Origin: the human T2T-CHM13v2.0 reference genome, Homo sapiens
Direction: 5' to 3' (one strand)
Assembly: GCF_009914755.1 (NCBI RefSeq)
Contig: NC_060926.1
DNA: 64,000 nucleotides
Shown piece after piece: positions 46,884 to 61,694 of this stretch. The notes under the pieces were generated by a model that worked only from the letters and a program-made list of their open reading frames with translations, did no database searches and was not told where the DNA came from. Numbering within the stretch: position 1 is the first letter of the stretch; every line of letters begins with the position of its first letter. Position numbers and translations under genes: made by a program.

Positions 46884-49535
46884 AACATAGACATATTTTT
46901 AAAACACTGCAGAATGACATAGCATGATAGTGTTCATGAAAAAATTAAAGTCACAAATTATATGTCAAAATATCTTAAAATCTATATATGGCCTGGAAAG
47001 ATAGAAGTAAAATTCCTGATCATGATTGTCTCTGGGGAGGAAAGAAGGGAAATGGTACTGAGGAAGTTCTCAAAAGAGGATTTCAACTTTATCTGTAATA
47101 TTCTCTCCTTTATTTAAATTTTAAAAATCTGAAACAAAATGAAAAATGTTAACATTTTAATGCTAGCCAATGTGTACTAATGTCTATATCATATCAATCT
47201 CTATTTTAAAAAAATATTTTATAAATGAAAAAGTATTTTAAAAATAAAATAAGTCGTATGCCTTGGTCCTACACAATTGCTAGGGTTTGACCACAACTTT
47301 GGCTTAGTTTCCCAAAACACTGTAATGTCCTCTATACTCTATATAAATAGGACAACAAATTTGATAGGGCACTTCTTATAGTATGTTTTACTATAAAGTA
47401 CAGGACACTTTATACATGTAACACCCTGCATGAAGCTTAGCAAAATGCAACCAGGGACAAAAATGCATTCTAGGCATGGAGGTTTTCATGTTTTTTCAAC
47501 ATGTACTACTTTAATGCTCATAGGTATAGATCACATCTTGCATTCTAAGATGAGGAGAGGATATTTAATTTACACACACAACTAATGATACTGAAATTCT
47601 CCTCAGCCTTCATCTTTTCAGGCCTAAGTGTCCTTGTTTTAAGCTGCATTTAGGTTAGCCCTTTGGGTGCCTCAGCCATTAAAATAGCTTAATTCTTCCT
47701 TCCATTACTCTGTTCAGTTCTTGTTACAGTGTTTATGAGGCAATTGTCAGCCCCATCTGCAGGCTCAGGAAGCTCTCTCTCTCTCATCTTTTAAATGCCT
47801 TTCTCTCACTTCCAGAAATCTTACAAACTAGTGATGTCCCTCCATCCTCTCCTGTGTAGCCATGCCAGTTCCTCAACCCAAACTTAATTGGCACAATTAA
47901 TTGTACCGACTCCCATTCTCAATACTTGAGTTATTTAATTTGTATGGCTTTACCTGTCTTTGTAAACCCCCAGTAAATGAAACTGTTTCCAAATCTCTTC
48001 ATATGACATTTAAGTTGACACCGCATGTAAACAAGTGCCTACGAATATAATACTTTTTGTGGTCACGCTAATTCACAGTGAAGAAATGCTTCGAGGGCCC
48101 AAGTAGAGGGATATGCTTTTCAATAACTGTACTTTCATAACAGTAAATAATTAGTAAGTTCCCCTATTCCAGAGATATATAGCTCACTTACATTATTTGA
48201 AACGTGATCAATATTTATGAGTTTTGGAGGTACATGTAATTATTCCCTTTAATCATCAACTCTCTTGATAGGGACTTGATAAAACCACCCTATTTACTTC
48301 CTTAGAAGCAGAAATCAAATTCCTTTTTGAATTAAAATAAGCACTGTGAAGTATATCTTCTTAGCAGCTGACTTTGTCAAATGATCATATAACTTCTATG
48401 TATGTTGTTTTCCACAATGCTGCCTCTACACCAATTTGCTGATTTAAAGTCACAAAACAAATCAATAACAATGACAACTGAAGTACAATAAAATGTGGAA
48501 AAACTGGCTTATAGCTTTAAAATACATAGTTCCTTTACCTCTACATATTCAACTTGGAACAACCTCTAGGCATGAGCTTCTTTGACTTAGTTGGTCACAT
48601 AGTGCAAAACGTCAACCATGTTCACAAAAATGAAAAGTTTGTCCACCAATGACCATGAATTAATTAATCATTCTTGGCACTGCAAGCAGCTTTTCCAAAG
48701 AAAAGATTTTTTTTACACCATATAGATCAAGTCAAAACAGGTGTATAGGTTAAAGACATTTCCTTTTACTCTGCTGATCACAAATTAATTGACTTTTTGT
48801 GAATTATTTCTACAGAGCTTAGCCACTCCATTTAAAAAATGGTTCATATATCTGATTAAATGTCTAACAAAAATATTTTTATGGCAAATTTCATAATTTT
48901 TGTGGTGGGAAAAAACATAAATGCCTAAATAAGTATCTCATATATATATTTAAAACAAAACAACCCTTAAGTGTATTCTATCTTCCATGGATTATCAACA
49001 ATCACTTCTTTTGGTGTATAGTTTTAAGATTGTGCAACAAATGTTTACTCAAAAGAGGAATGATGAATTTGTGTTAGTAAATGAAAAACAAAACCATCTA
49101 ATAAACAGCCAAGAAGTAAACTCTAAAGGGCATTTTGACTTTCCATGAATTGCACTGTCTCTAGTATAATATATTCTACCAACAAGGATGTTTTTGGCAA
49201 TTATTTACCACATTGCCATCAACCAAGACACTATCCCAGCACAGCACCCTCTCATTTTTTGCCACGTCCCTATTTATTACAAGATTTAACAACTGTCACA
49301 ACCTTGTCTTTTTTTTTTTTTTAACCTACAGCACCTCTTCTAATCACAGGTACCTGTGCTCACACAAATCAACAAAGTGGGTTCTCCTCCATGTCAACAA
49401 ATCTTTGAAGCTCAAATAAACTTTTCATTAGATAAAACATTCCACTAGATCTTTATGAATGTTCTCAGAACTGCTTATGAGAATTTCATGCCAAACACCA
49501 AGACCAAAAAGCTCAATCAGGCCATTAAGCATTCA

Positions 49536-49802
<267 letters not shown>

Positions 49803-50179
49803 TCACTTTTTTTCCAAATAAATGTTTAAATTCTATGTGCACATGACTGTGTGATGTATCTGTGAAACGTGTGTGTTAGGGTTAAAAGGAAAAAGCAACT
49901 TTAAAATCATGTAATTAAGGAATTCTTCACCTGGATTCATGGAGTAGGGTTCCTAAAGAGTCTATGATTTAACTCCAAAGAATCTGTGTATTCTCATAAA
50001 TAGTAAGTAAAAATTTCTGGTTTTGCCTATGTTTTTTTTCCCAGAGGTTAAACAACTTTCAAAAATTCTCAAATAATCCTAAAATGCTTAAAAGTTTAAG
50101 AATCTCTGCAATATTTCAGCCTTCTTATTTTATAAGAATGGAAAACAGGCCTGAATTAAGATGAAAAATAATTGTAAGA

Positions 50180-50800
50180 CACTTAAAACAACTTTCTGGG
50201 TACTGGTATGTGTTATTGGCAGAAGTATACTTGCTACAGCCTTTCTATTGGGTATTAGGTAATATGTAAATATGCGTCACAATATAAAAAATGCATAGCC
50301 TTGATCCACAACCCTATTTCCAGAATATTATTTAAAGAGAAGACAATTAACTGGACAAGTGCACAAAAATGTACCCACAGGAATGTGCACTACAGTGCTG
50401 TTTAAAACAGAAAAATCGAAAAAGTCTAAAGTCTGGCAGTAAGAGATGGCTTAAATCAATTATGGTTCTTTTATACAATGACTGCCATTGAAAGAGGATG
50501 CCATAACTCCATATTCATGGAAATAGAAAATATCCACGACATATTGTTAGATGCAGAAAAGCAGATACAAAGCCACATTTGCAGTATGATCTCATTAATG
50601 TAAAATATCAACTATGTATCTATGCATAGAAAGAGATTTGGAAGGGGACTTACCAAATAATGATATTGGTTATCTCTGAATAGAATCACTTCCTGGGATT
50701 TAAAAAAATTATTCTTTAAACCTTTCTGTGCTGGGTGACATTTTTTCAATAAGTATTTATTATCCTTGTAAGCAGGAAACCAATGAAACTAATAAAATAA
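50180..50800 (+). mobile_element. L1ME-type 3' fragment
   Basis: aaaatgcatagccttgatccac...tacagtgctgttt...attatggt...gcagtatgatctcatt. Confidence 0.6.
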
Positions 50801-52484
50801 AAACAAATACTTATCTGATCCATGTATACATCTGGCTAAGGAAGCAGACAGCAGGGAAATGTAGAGGTATGCAAAATTCTTTTTATATTAGCATTCCCAA
50901 TTAAATACTTCATTTCTTACACATTTCATATAAGCATCATTTATTAATGGTGATATATATGATGAAAATTAAATAAATAAAATGTCAAACAAATACAATT
51001 AATTAAAGTGACTCTAAAGTTCATTTTTGCAAAAATTTCATTTTCTAAAGTAATATTTGCCTTGTTTATCAAAATAATCCAGGAAATTTCTACTCCCGTT
51101 TTTTAAATACAGTTCAGTTTAGCCCACCTACTGCTTATCCTGTCCATCATATTGACCTTTTTCTTGGGAACCCCATTCCTAGAATAGATCATCCCTGCCT
51201 TCTGTCCTGACCTGCTTTCAAACCTTTCCTTTCTGTAATTTATCTTCCATCTTTCACTTGCTACAATTAAAATCAGTGTCCTGTCATCCCATCACGTATT
51301 ACCAGTGATCTACCCCTAAATACCCAAAAGATAGTTTTCTGTTCTCCATTCCTTGACCTCATGGTGATAGTTGACACTGTTGACCATTGCTTTATGCTTA
51401 AAACTTTCCTGCCCAGGTCATGACATTTCTCTCCCCTGTTTCTCTACCAACAGATACTGCTCTCTTCTTCCTGCTTCCTGTGTCTACCCTATAATCCAAA
51501 CCCCACATTATCCTCTCATTAACCTCCAACCTCTCTATCTATGTTCATTATTTGATGTGCTTATCCCCTTCTAGGAGTTCATTCTATGTTTCTGACCACA
51601 AAATTTATACCATCCGCTCTATCTTTTTGTCTGCAATTCAATCCTATGTTAAATTCTTTAAGACTTAGCTTTTTGTATGTACACTTAAAATCCAACATTT
51701 CCAAAATTAAATTCAACATCTTTAACTTTGCCATAGCTTCACATCAAACCCTGTGCACCTGCTTCTCCTTTCCAAATATCCTGGTTTGGTCTGTGGAACC
51801 ACAAGTCACCAGGTAGTTTGGATTTTTTTTATTACTATGTATACACATCAACATGACTGTCTCTTTACATTTTACATCTGACTTGGAAGCTCATACATTT
51901 CTTAAGCGCGGATGAATTTTTATTTATGACAAACTAATTTCCAAACCATTGAGCTTGGTCGTAGTTCCCTAGTCCATCCAAAGTCTTTCTGCCAGAAGTA
52001 TTTAGAACAAGATCAGAAAGTTCAAAAGGATGATGTCAACTGATCAATATAGAATCTAAATAATTTAGTTTTCTCACTACCAACAAATGCCCCCCTTTGA
52101 TGTAGCTAACACATAATCTCTAAGTAGCGTTCTTCCTCTGCCTTCCCTTATATGGCCATTCCTATTCTTAGCTCATGGAGTGACTCAAAGTACCCCCTGC
52201 TTGAAATGCTCTCAGATTTCCCCTTCTTCATAAAATATTCATGGCCTACATCTTCCTTGAAACATTCTACTGCCCATTTTTATCTCTCTTGTCTTATTTC
52301 ACTGACCATACCATAACTGCTCTCTGAGTATGTTGAATAAAATGTTGGTTTCCACTTAGAGCACAGTCCATGCATTTGCCTTCCCCTTATACTGCCTAGC
52401 AGAGTACTGGTACATCACAGGTGCTCAACAAGTAACTTTTATTTAATCCTTCAAAATGAATATTTTAAATGAAGCCTGATAAAT

Positions 52485-53340
52485 AAGAAAAAATGATAGT
52501 ATTAGAATACACCACTTTGCAACAATTGCTGAAATAATGGATCCTAGTTAATGATCATCAATGACCACTAAAAATTTCATATTAACAATTAATGGGAAAC
52601 TTTATAATGAATGGATCAAGCTGGAAACAAACATATGGAATAATCTTAACATCACAGAGGAACAAGCAGACATTGCTCCTTCTGATGGAAGCATACAGCA
52701 TTCCCATGAATTATTCTTGCCAAAAAATAAAATTGAATCTGATCAAAGCTCTAGACCTACCTATCAGGTTACAGGAAATTCAGCCAACAGAGAAACACAT
52801 TATGCAACAGTATATGGGAACACAATCCACAAAACTAAAATTTGTGAACACTCAAAGAACTTTAACAAATTACAAGAATAAAAATGAGGGATAAATTGAT
52901 AGACATTTATGGAACATATTAACCAAATGCAATATGTGGTTTATATTTGGATTCTGATGTAAATAAACCAATGTGAAAAGAAATTATGAGATAATTAGAG
53001 CTATTTCAATACTGATTAGTTAGTTGATGCTATTAAGTTGATGCTATTGGTTAGTTGATGCTATTAAGGAAATATTGTTAAAGTTTTTAGGTATGATAAT
53101 AGTATGGTTATGTTCTATAACGTTAGAGATATACACTTTAATTTTAAAGCTAGATACTTAATACTAACAGATTATATGGTGCTTGTGATTCTTACTATTA
53201 TTTCAAGGGGCAGGAGGGAGTAAGTAAGAATACAGATAAAACAAATTTGACTAACGAATGGATAACTGTTGAAGTTAGGTGATGATAGACTTTCATAGGT
53301 TTTAAAATTTTTCCATACTAAAAAATGTATTGAAAAACAA
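52485..53340 (+). mobile_element. L1MC-type 3' end
   Basis: caccactttgcaac...gaaataatggatc...aatgatcatcaatg...aaccaaatgcaatatgtg...tttaggtatgataatagtatggttatg. Confidence 0.7.
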
Positions 53341-56300
53341 AATAAACTGTAAAATATAATGCATATGCAAAGAGATTTATATAATCAAATACTGTAGTCT
53401 CAAGGTTCTGAGGCAGTAGGAAGGAAGATCTGTAATACATTGAAACAGTGAAAAGAAAAATTCAGCCTTTCTGAGCACTGAGACTATTTTTATAAATTTT
53501 AATGAAAATAAGTTAGGGTTTTAGAACTACTCTTCTCATTTTTTGATTTAAAACTAAGGGGAATCATCATTGAATGACCTTTGCATATTATATGATGTCC
53601 TGTGATTTAAAGAAGCAAAAGCATAAATCAAAATCTATAAATGGAAAAGATTTCTGTTTCCTAAGGCAAGTATAGCAAGATAATAACCAGACCAATAAAA
53701 CTAGTATAACCAGTTTACTCACCAATTTATTTAATTTACCCTTCCCTGTCTTTGGCAAGTCTAAATGATGCTTCTTTTCTCCAAAAAAAAAAAAAAAGAT
53801 AAAGTTATGTTGATTTTTAAACAGTGATGTACACACCAGAAAATCCTGAAACAGCTGCAAATTCAACAACCAAAAGCCAATAGTTTGTAGATCTTAATAC
53901 AAGAAAAAAAGAAAAGAAAAGAAAAGAAATGCTGTAAAAAACAAAAAACAAAAACCCTAGAGCAAAGCTTCAGCCTTCAGAAACTAAATTGCTTCTACTT
54001 AATATTGGAATCATGGGGATGGTCAGGGACCCGTAGAATTTTACCTGAAGTCAATAATTCACAGCATTATTTCTAATTATAATGGTACCAGGAAAAAAAA
54101 AGGGGGGCGGGTAAAGGAAAGAAGGTTGTTGGAAGCTAGAGTGGTAAGATCTTGATAATGAGAAACAGGCTCAGCAGCAATTGGTATCTAAGCAATAAGG
54201 CAAAACAACTTTTAAGAATGCACACTGGATAAGATGAAGAATCTGGTGGCAATTGAAATAACCCTTATCCAATGGATCCTCACAGAGATACTCAAGGGAT
54301 GTGGATGGCTTCCATGTGGAGAGAATGACAAACAATTATGGTATTTTCAAGACGCCTAAGGATAAGAAAGCTGGCAGGTGGGCAAAAGAATCAATATTAG
54401 TACAATAGACTAAAGCACAGAAGACTCTGAGTGAACAGTGAGCAAAAGGAAGAATAGCACAGAAGAACATTTTAGTAGTTTTATTTTAAAGGCTTTGCTA
54501 ATTATATAGCTTTAAAGAGAGTATGTGAACATATAACAATGTAACAATAATAATCACAAAAGAACATTACCACAGTGGCAGCCAGGAGTGTGTGTTATAG
54601 GAAAGCATTATTTAAACTACTAACTACAGGGCATTTTTCCAGGTTTTAATTAATACTTTGCTTAATATGCCTACCAAGGGTTGTCTTTGAATGAGACCTT
54701 AACCTAACAGAGGATAAATGACATTTAAAATATGCTCGTCTACTGCAAATAATAAATTAATGGTTTAAAATGAAAATGGTTAGTAGCATTACATGTACTC
54801 CTCACTCTTAATGTACAGTAAAGTGGTTCAACTGAAATTAATAAGCACACATTCTCAGAAAGAACAAAGTAATAGAAAAACAAAAATGAAGCCCATGAAA
54901 ACTTCAAAGGTAATGATTGAAATTAACATCAATGAAACAATATTAACACAATTTTACATCAAAGTTGAGAGCTTGAAAACAATTTATTATAAGTGTCAGT
55001 ATGGCATAAAGGAAATGAATATTGAACATCTGCTTTTGAGACCCATCTTTGTCACCAACAACAATATTGTTACTTTCAGCAAATGGCTCATGCAGTTCTT
55101 TCATGTGTTAAAGGGAGGGACTGGATCAGGTTACCCCTATAGTTCATTTAAGTTCTATTATTCTGATACCATATTTTCCTTAGATAGAGAGATCATAATA
55201 TATGATATGCTCTGCAATTTTCTTCTCCACGCAAAGCTGACTTCAATGAAAAAACATCAGTACTTTGTAAACCTTTTAAATAATAATAATTAAACATTAA
55301 TATTATATTCTATTGGCCATATTTATGGAAACAGTGTGTGATGTGGTTGTTTTATATGGAAAATCAAAAGAAAGTTACCATCTGAGCAGTGCCTATAACT
55401 GACAATAATGAAATATGAAAAATTGCCATTTATGAGAGATTATTCTGTGCCAGGCTAATGTTTTATTAAGATGTTAAACACATGGTATGATGTAATCCTT
55501 GAAACAAGCAAGCCTGTCTACTTCACACTTCATCTGCCTAACTTCTACTTATCCTACTCAAGTCTTGGCTCAGATGCCATTTGCTCCAGGAAGGCTTTCC
55601 TAACCCACCATGCCCAGATCAGATACCTCTCTACTTCTCTAGCACATTGTCCCTATTCTATTACAGCACGTATCAAGTGTTTGGAATGACCCAAGGGACT
55701 GCAAACTTAATAAGGGCAGGGACCAGATCTGTCTTATTCATAGGCTGTCTCCAAAGATTAGCACAGCATCTGCCAGTCAGTAAGGGTTCAATAAGTACTT
55801 CTTGGGTGACTGCATGGATAATGCTCTGAAGTTAGATTGACAGTATTTTCTCTTCTGCCTCTTGCATTGATCTTTAAAAAAAAAAGTCTCCCACCAGAGA
55901 CATGCTACCATTTTCCAACTCCCCCACCGTGAGACTCCTGATCCCTGCTTTCCTCAGTCCTAGCTGTTTCACTGCTTCCTAAGCTTCATCTGTGCTTATC
56001 TGATGGGGAAAATAATCAGAAAACTTATCAGGATTTTCAGCAACTAATTTATATTTCCATCAAGATTAGAGGACATGTGTAAAAACTAGCAATCAAATCC
56101 CTTTCTCTGTCTTCTCCCTAAATGTTACTATAAGCTTCTAAATTCAGTTCAGCTGAGTAAACTTTAAATTTTCATTTTATTAAATCTTTAACAGTCTGAC
56201 AGCACCATTAAATATTTTTCCAATGTACCACTGTTTTTCAATATTACCTACCTAAGCTTTTTAATCTTATATATTTCGTTTATGTTTAAACTTTGCTCAT

Positions 56301-57194
56301 GAAATATAGTACCTGTGATTTTGGATGTTATTAAAGCTTTCTATTCTCCATTTGGCATTTCTGCTTAGCAGAAAAATTTTGTCTTTATTCTTGGCTTCAC
56401 AATTATTCCTTGGTTTCTTAGGTAACTTCATAAGTTCATTTTTTTATCACCTCTCTTTGATAACTGCTTTTCATTTTCTGTGGCCTTTTATTAGTCTTAC
56501 TCAGATTCTCAAAGATAATGCACTATTATTATTTCGACTGTTCCATGTCCTTTACTTTTCAAATAAAATCTTGCAATGTTTCATTTAATTGGGTCCTGGA
56601 GGGTCTAACCTTAGTGTAAAACAAAACTTCTAGAGGAAGAAACAAACTAAATGCCAATAAGCAGAAAATTATCAACAGCTACTTTTTCTGAAAGGATAAA
56701 ATTTACAAACCTATCAGTCAATTTTATTTATGAAAGTAACAAAGAAACTGGACTAAGGGTAAGAAATTCACTTGCTTCTTGGCTGTGAGATCTTGGGAAA
56801 TCACTTCCCAGTTCTGGGCCTCAAATCCTCTTCTAAAAATTAAGAGGACTAGATCAGTATTGTCTAAACAATTCATTAACTGGATCATGAAATCAATTTT
56901 GTGGATAGCAACTAGCATTTTTTATGCAAGATAATAGAATGGAAAATAACAGAGATGTCAATGTATTAATGCTGTGTCAAGAAATTATTTCCATTCTGTG
57001 TGTGTTCATTTGTGATGTAAAATACATTTCTCACTGTAAGTCACAGTCAAAGAAGCTTGAAAAACACATCAGAAAGCTCTCTATAATCCCTCCCAATGCT
57101 AAGGTTCTATGGCTCTGTGATAATAAAGACCAACGTTTTTATGTCACCATCATTGAGCTACAGTCTTTCTTCCTTCTGCAATCAACTCAGAAGC

Positions 57195-58245
57195 ACAGCA
57201 TAGATGAGAAAACCCAGGTTTTGAAATCATAAACCAGAGTTTGAGTCCTACCTCTGTGACCTATTAAAGGTGTCCCTGGGCACACTGTTTAACCACTTAG
57301 AACCTCAGGTAAGTGTAAAATGAGATAATAATGATGCACACTTGACAGGGTTGCTATGCAAACACCAACCATTTGAACAAACCAGAAACTCAGGAATCAT
57401 CCTAACACTGCCTGTCCCTGACACTCCATGTATCCAAGTTCTGTTGCCTATTACTCCTGACTGTACTTCCCACTGTCTCTTAAACCCATTCAGTTCTCTC
57501 TATCTCCATAACCACCACCCTAATTCCATAAGGGCCTCCCTGCATCCACTGTTGCTCCTCTCTCTCTACTGAGGCCAGACTCAGCAGAGAAAATACTTTA
57601 CTGAATATTTTCAAAACAGATGTCTGATCCATCTCATTCCCTGTCCACACTCCCACCTCCCTGCCTAACATCTTTCAATAGTTTCTACTGCTCATGGGGT
57701 AATGTGTAAACTCCCAGGTATAGACTACACGGCTCCCAGTATTTGGCCCAGCCTGTGTCTGCAACCCCAACTCATAATCCCACACCAATTACCAATTTAC
57801 CCTCTGTGTTCCAGATGCACCTTACAGATAGATCCCTGAACAGGCCACATGCCTTCCAGCTATGTAGATATTGCACATGCCATTTTTTTTTCTTGGAGTG
57901 TTCTTTCCCCCTCCCTGCCCCACACTCCCCTTTCTAATCAATATTTATTCAATCCCAAATTTCTGCTGCAATTTCTGTCAGGGAAGCCTTGCCCACCAGG
58001 ACATGATATCAAGCCTCTTAGTTATGTGCTCCCATAACACTGCTTACTTTTTCTTCAAGGTAATTCTTGTAATTCGAAATTAGACATTCAGTCTTGTAAT
58101 TACTTGACTGGTGCCTGTTTCCCCACTCGACTGTGATCTCCATGAGAACAGGGACCATAACTGATTGACTAATCAATGTACCTCCAGTGCTTTACCTACC
58201 ACCCGGCACCTGATAGATGCTCAATAGATATGTTTAAATGAATAT
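57195..58245 (+). mobile_element. MIR fragment (~57195-57360) followed by L2 3' portion
   Basis: gtttgagtcctacctct...tttaacc...gaacctcag; L2 tail gatctccatgagaacaggg...gatgctcaatagatatgtttaaatgaat. Confidence 0.7.
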
Positions 58246-59028
58246 GAAATGAGGTAAGAAAGCAAATGTGATATACAAATGCTATTTATGTACCTGGATT
58301 GCTGCAGTTGCATTCTAGCTGACATTCCTGACTTCAGTGTCACTTTGGTTCAAACCATTGTGTACACATATATTTATTGGATTAATTTTCACACATTTTT
58401 GCTTCCCTGCTCAAGCCTCTAATAGCAGTGGCTTTTTGGCCACCAGTTCAAGTGGCCTTACAGCTATTTATTTATTCATTTATTTGTATACCACCTTGTC
58501 CAAAAGGAAGACTCAATCTTTCAAGGTGTATTTGGATGTGACCCTGTACACATGACTTTATTTCCTATGACTCCCCAGGCTTTTGTCCTTCTCTGCCTCT
58601 TCCTTTCCTCCCCACTCCTACACGTCCTTGCTTATCTCCATCCCAGGCCTTGCCTGGAAAGCTCTCATTCCTGCTTCTTACCCTTCAAGGTCATTCAGTG
58701 TCCCATCCTAATGATTTCACCTAACATTTGACTATCCCATCTCTTACCTGTGTCTGTGAATACTGCCTAAAATACACCCCTCCTAGTGACTTTTTAACTA
58801 CCTACTTTGTTTTATTTTCAGTTCACTTACATTTGCCACTATATAAATTGTTTTATTAATCAATTGATTTATTTTCTTGTCTGTTTTTCTCTTTAGACAG
58901 TAAGCTCCATGATAGCAGGGACTTGCCTTATTCACTATTCTATTCCTACTCCTGGAATAATGCCTCACCCAAAGCAGATACTCAATGAATATTCCTAGGT
59001 GGATGAATAAGTATCTAAAACTCAAATT

Positions 59029-61694
59029 AACATAAACAGAACTAAAGACAAAAACCACATGATTATCTCAATAGATGCAGAAAAGGCTTTCAATAAAATT
59101 CAACATCCCTTCAGGTTAAACACTCTCAATAAACTAGGTATTGAATGAGCATAACTCAAAATAATAAGAACTGTCTATGACAAACCCACAGCAACATCAT
59201 ATTGATTGGGCAAAAGCTGGAATCATTCCCACTTGAAAACCAGCACAAGACAGGGATGCCTTCTCTCACCACTACTATGCAACATAGTATTAGAAGTCCT
59301 AGCCAGAACAATAAGGTAACAGAAAGAAATAAAGGGCATCCAAATAGAAAGAGAGGAAGTCGAATTACCCCTGCTTGCAGACGACATGATAATTCCATAT
59401 CTATAAAAACCCATAGTCTCAGCCCAAAAGCTCCTTCAGCTGATAAACAACTTCAGCAAAGTTTTAGGATACAAAATCAATGTACAAAAATCACTAGCAT
59501 TCTTATACACCAACTACAGCCAAGCTGAGAGCCAAAACACGAATGCAATCTGATTCACAATTGTCACAAAAAGAATAAAATACCCAGGAATACAGCTAAC
59601 CAGGGAAGTGAAAGATCTCTACAATGAGAATTACAAAACATTACTCAAGGAAATCAGAGTAGACACAAACAAATAGAAAACCATACCATGCTCATGGATA
59701 GGAAGAATCAATATTATTAAAATAGTCATACTGCCCATAGCAATTTACAGATGCCATCTCATTCCTATCAAACTACCAATGATATGCTTCACAGAACTAA
59801 AAAAAACTATTTTAAAATTTATATGAAACCAAAAAAGAGCCCAAATAGCCAAGACAATCACAAGCAAAAAGAACAAACAAAGCTGGAGGCATTACATTAC
59901 CTGACTTCAAACTATACTACAGGGCTACAGTAACCAAAACAACATGGTACTGGTACAAAAACAGGCACATAAACCAACAGAACAGAATAGAGAGCCCAGA
60001 AACAAGGATGCACACCTATGACCATCTGATCTTCAACAAAGCCAACGAAAACAAGTAATGGGGAAAAGACTCCCTATTCAATAAACGGTGCTGGGATAAC
60101 TGGCTAGCCATATGCAGAAGATTGAAGCTGGACCCCTTCCTTACATCATATATAAAAATCAACTCAAGATGGACTAAAGACTGCAATATAAAACCCTAAA
60201 CCATAAAATCCCTGGAAGACAACCTAGGCAATACCATCCTGCACATAGGAATGGGCAAAGATTTCATTACAAAGATACCAAAACTAATCGCAACAAAATC
60301 GAAAATTGACAAACAGCATCTAATTAAACTTAAGAGCTTCTAGACAGCAAAAGAAACTATCAACAGAGTAAAAAGACAACCTACAGAATGGGAGAAAATA
60401 TTTGCAAGCTATGCATCTGACAAAGGTCTAATATCCAGCATCTATAAGGAACTTAAATTTACAAGAGAAAAACAATCCCATTAAAAAGCAGGCAAAGGAC
60501 ATGAACAGATACTTTTCAAAAGAAGACATATATATGTCTTCAACAAGCATAAGAAATAAAGCTCAATATCCCTGATCATTAGAGAAATGCAAGTCAAAAC
60601 CACAATGAGATACCATCTCACACCAGTCACAATGGCCATTATTAAAAAGTTGAAAAATAACAGATGCTGGCAAGGTTGTGGAGAAAAGAGAACCCTTAAA
60701 CACTGTTGGTGTAAGTGTAAATTAGTTCAACCATTATGGAAAGCAGTATGGTGATTCCTCAGAGAGCTAAAAGCAGAACTACCATTTGACCCAGCAATCC
60801 CATTACTGGGTATATAGAGGAATATCAATCATTCCACCATAAAAAAGACGTGCATGCAAATGTTCATTGCAGCACTATTCACAATAGCAAAGATGTGGAA
60901 TCAACCTAAATGCCTACCAATGACAGATTAGATAAAGAAAATGTGGTACATATACACCATGGAATACTATGCAGCCATAAAAAAGAACAAGATCATATAT
61001 TTTGCAGAAACATGGATGGAGCTGGAGGGTATTATCCTTAGCAAACTAAGGAACAGAAAATCAAACACCACATGTTCTTATAACTTATCCTTTAGCTAAA
61101 GGATGAGAACTCGTGAACACAAAGAAGGGAACAACAGACAATGGAGTCTATTTGAGAGTGGAGTGTGGGAGGAGGGAGAGGAGCAGAAAAATAACTATAG
61201 GGTAGTTGGCTTAATACCTGGGTGATGAAATATATCTGCACAATAAAACCCCATGACATGAGTTTACCTATGTAACAAACCTTCACATGTACCCCTGTAT
61301 TAGTCTGTTTTCACGCTGATATAAAGAACTACCTGAGACTGGGTAATTTATAAAGAAAAGAAGTTTCATTGACTCAGAGTTCTGCATGGCTAGGGAGGCC
61401 TCAGGAAACTTAAAATCATGGCAGAAGGTAAAGGGGAAGAAAGGCATGTCTTACATAGTGGCAGGAGAGAGCAAGGGGGGACGTGTCACACTTTTAAACC
61501 ATCAGATCTCATGAGAACTCACTCACTATCATGAGAACAGCATGGAGAAAGCCGCCCCCATGATCCAATCACCTTCCACCAGGTCCCTCCCTTGAAACGT
61601 GGGGATTACAATTCAACATGATATTTGGGTGGGGACACAGAGACAAACCATATGAACCTAAAAGTTTAAAAATAATAGTAATAAAAGAAAAAAG
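59029..61694 (+). mobile_element. 5'-truncated L1PA13-like element (RT domain to tail), interrupted by a THE1 LTR
   Basis: Starts at acataaacagaactaaagacaaaaaccacatgattatctcaatagatgcagaaaaggc; 3'UTR gaggagcagaaaaataacta...aaccttcacatgtacccc; possible degenerate TSD aaaactcaaatt / aaaactcggatt. Confidence 0.92.
61296..61653 (-). mobile_element. THE1 (THE1D-like) MaLR solo LTR nested in the L1 3' UTR
   Basis: tgtattagtctgttttcacgctgatataaagaactacctgagactggg...ggcctcaggaaactt...tttgggtggggacacagagacaaaccatat. Confidence 0.92.

Noticed and set aside
51813-51966. Possible short retrocopy (T8 run with ttatt, flanking gtagtt repeats)
   Set aside because: The putative TSD is only 6 bp and misplaced, and I recognise no parent sequence. 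A BLAST search would be needed.
53029-53070. Three copies of agttgatgctatt
   Set aside because: Local slippage duplication inside an old L1; there are no unique spacers.
54793-55293. 166-aa ATG ORF
   Set aside because: AT-driven I/K/N/Y composition, no motif or splice support, antisense to the host gene; compatible with chance.
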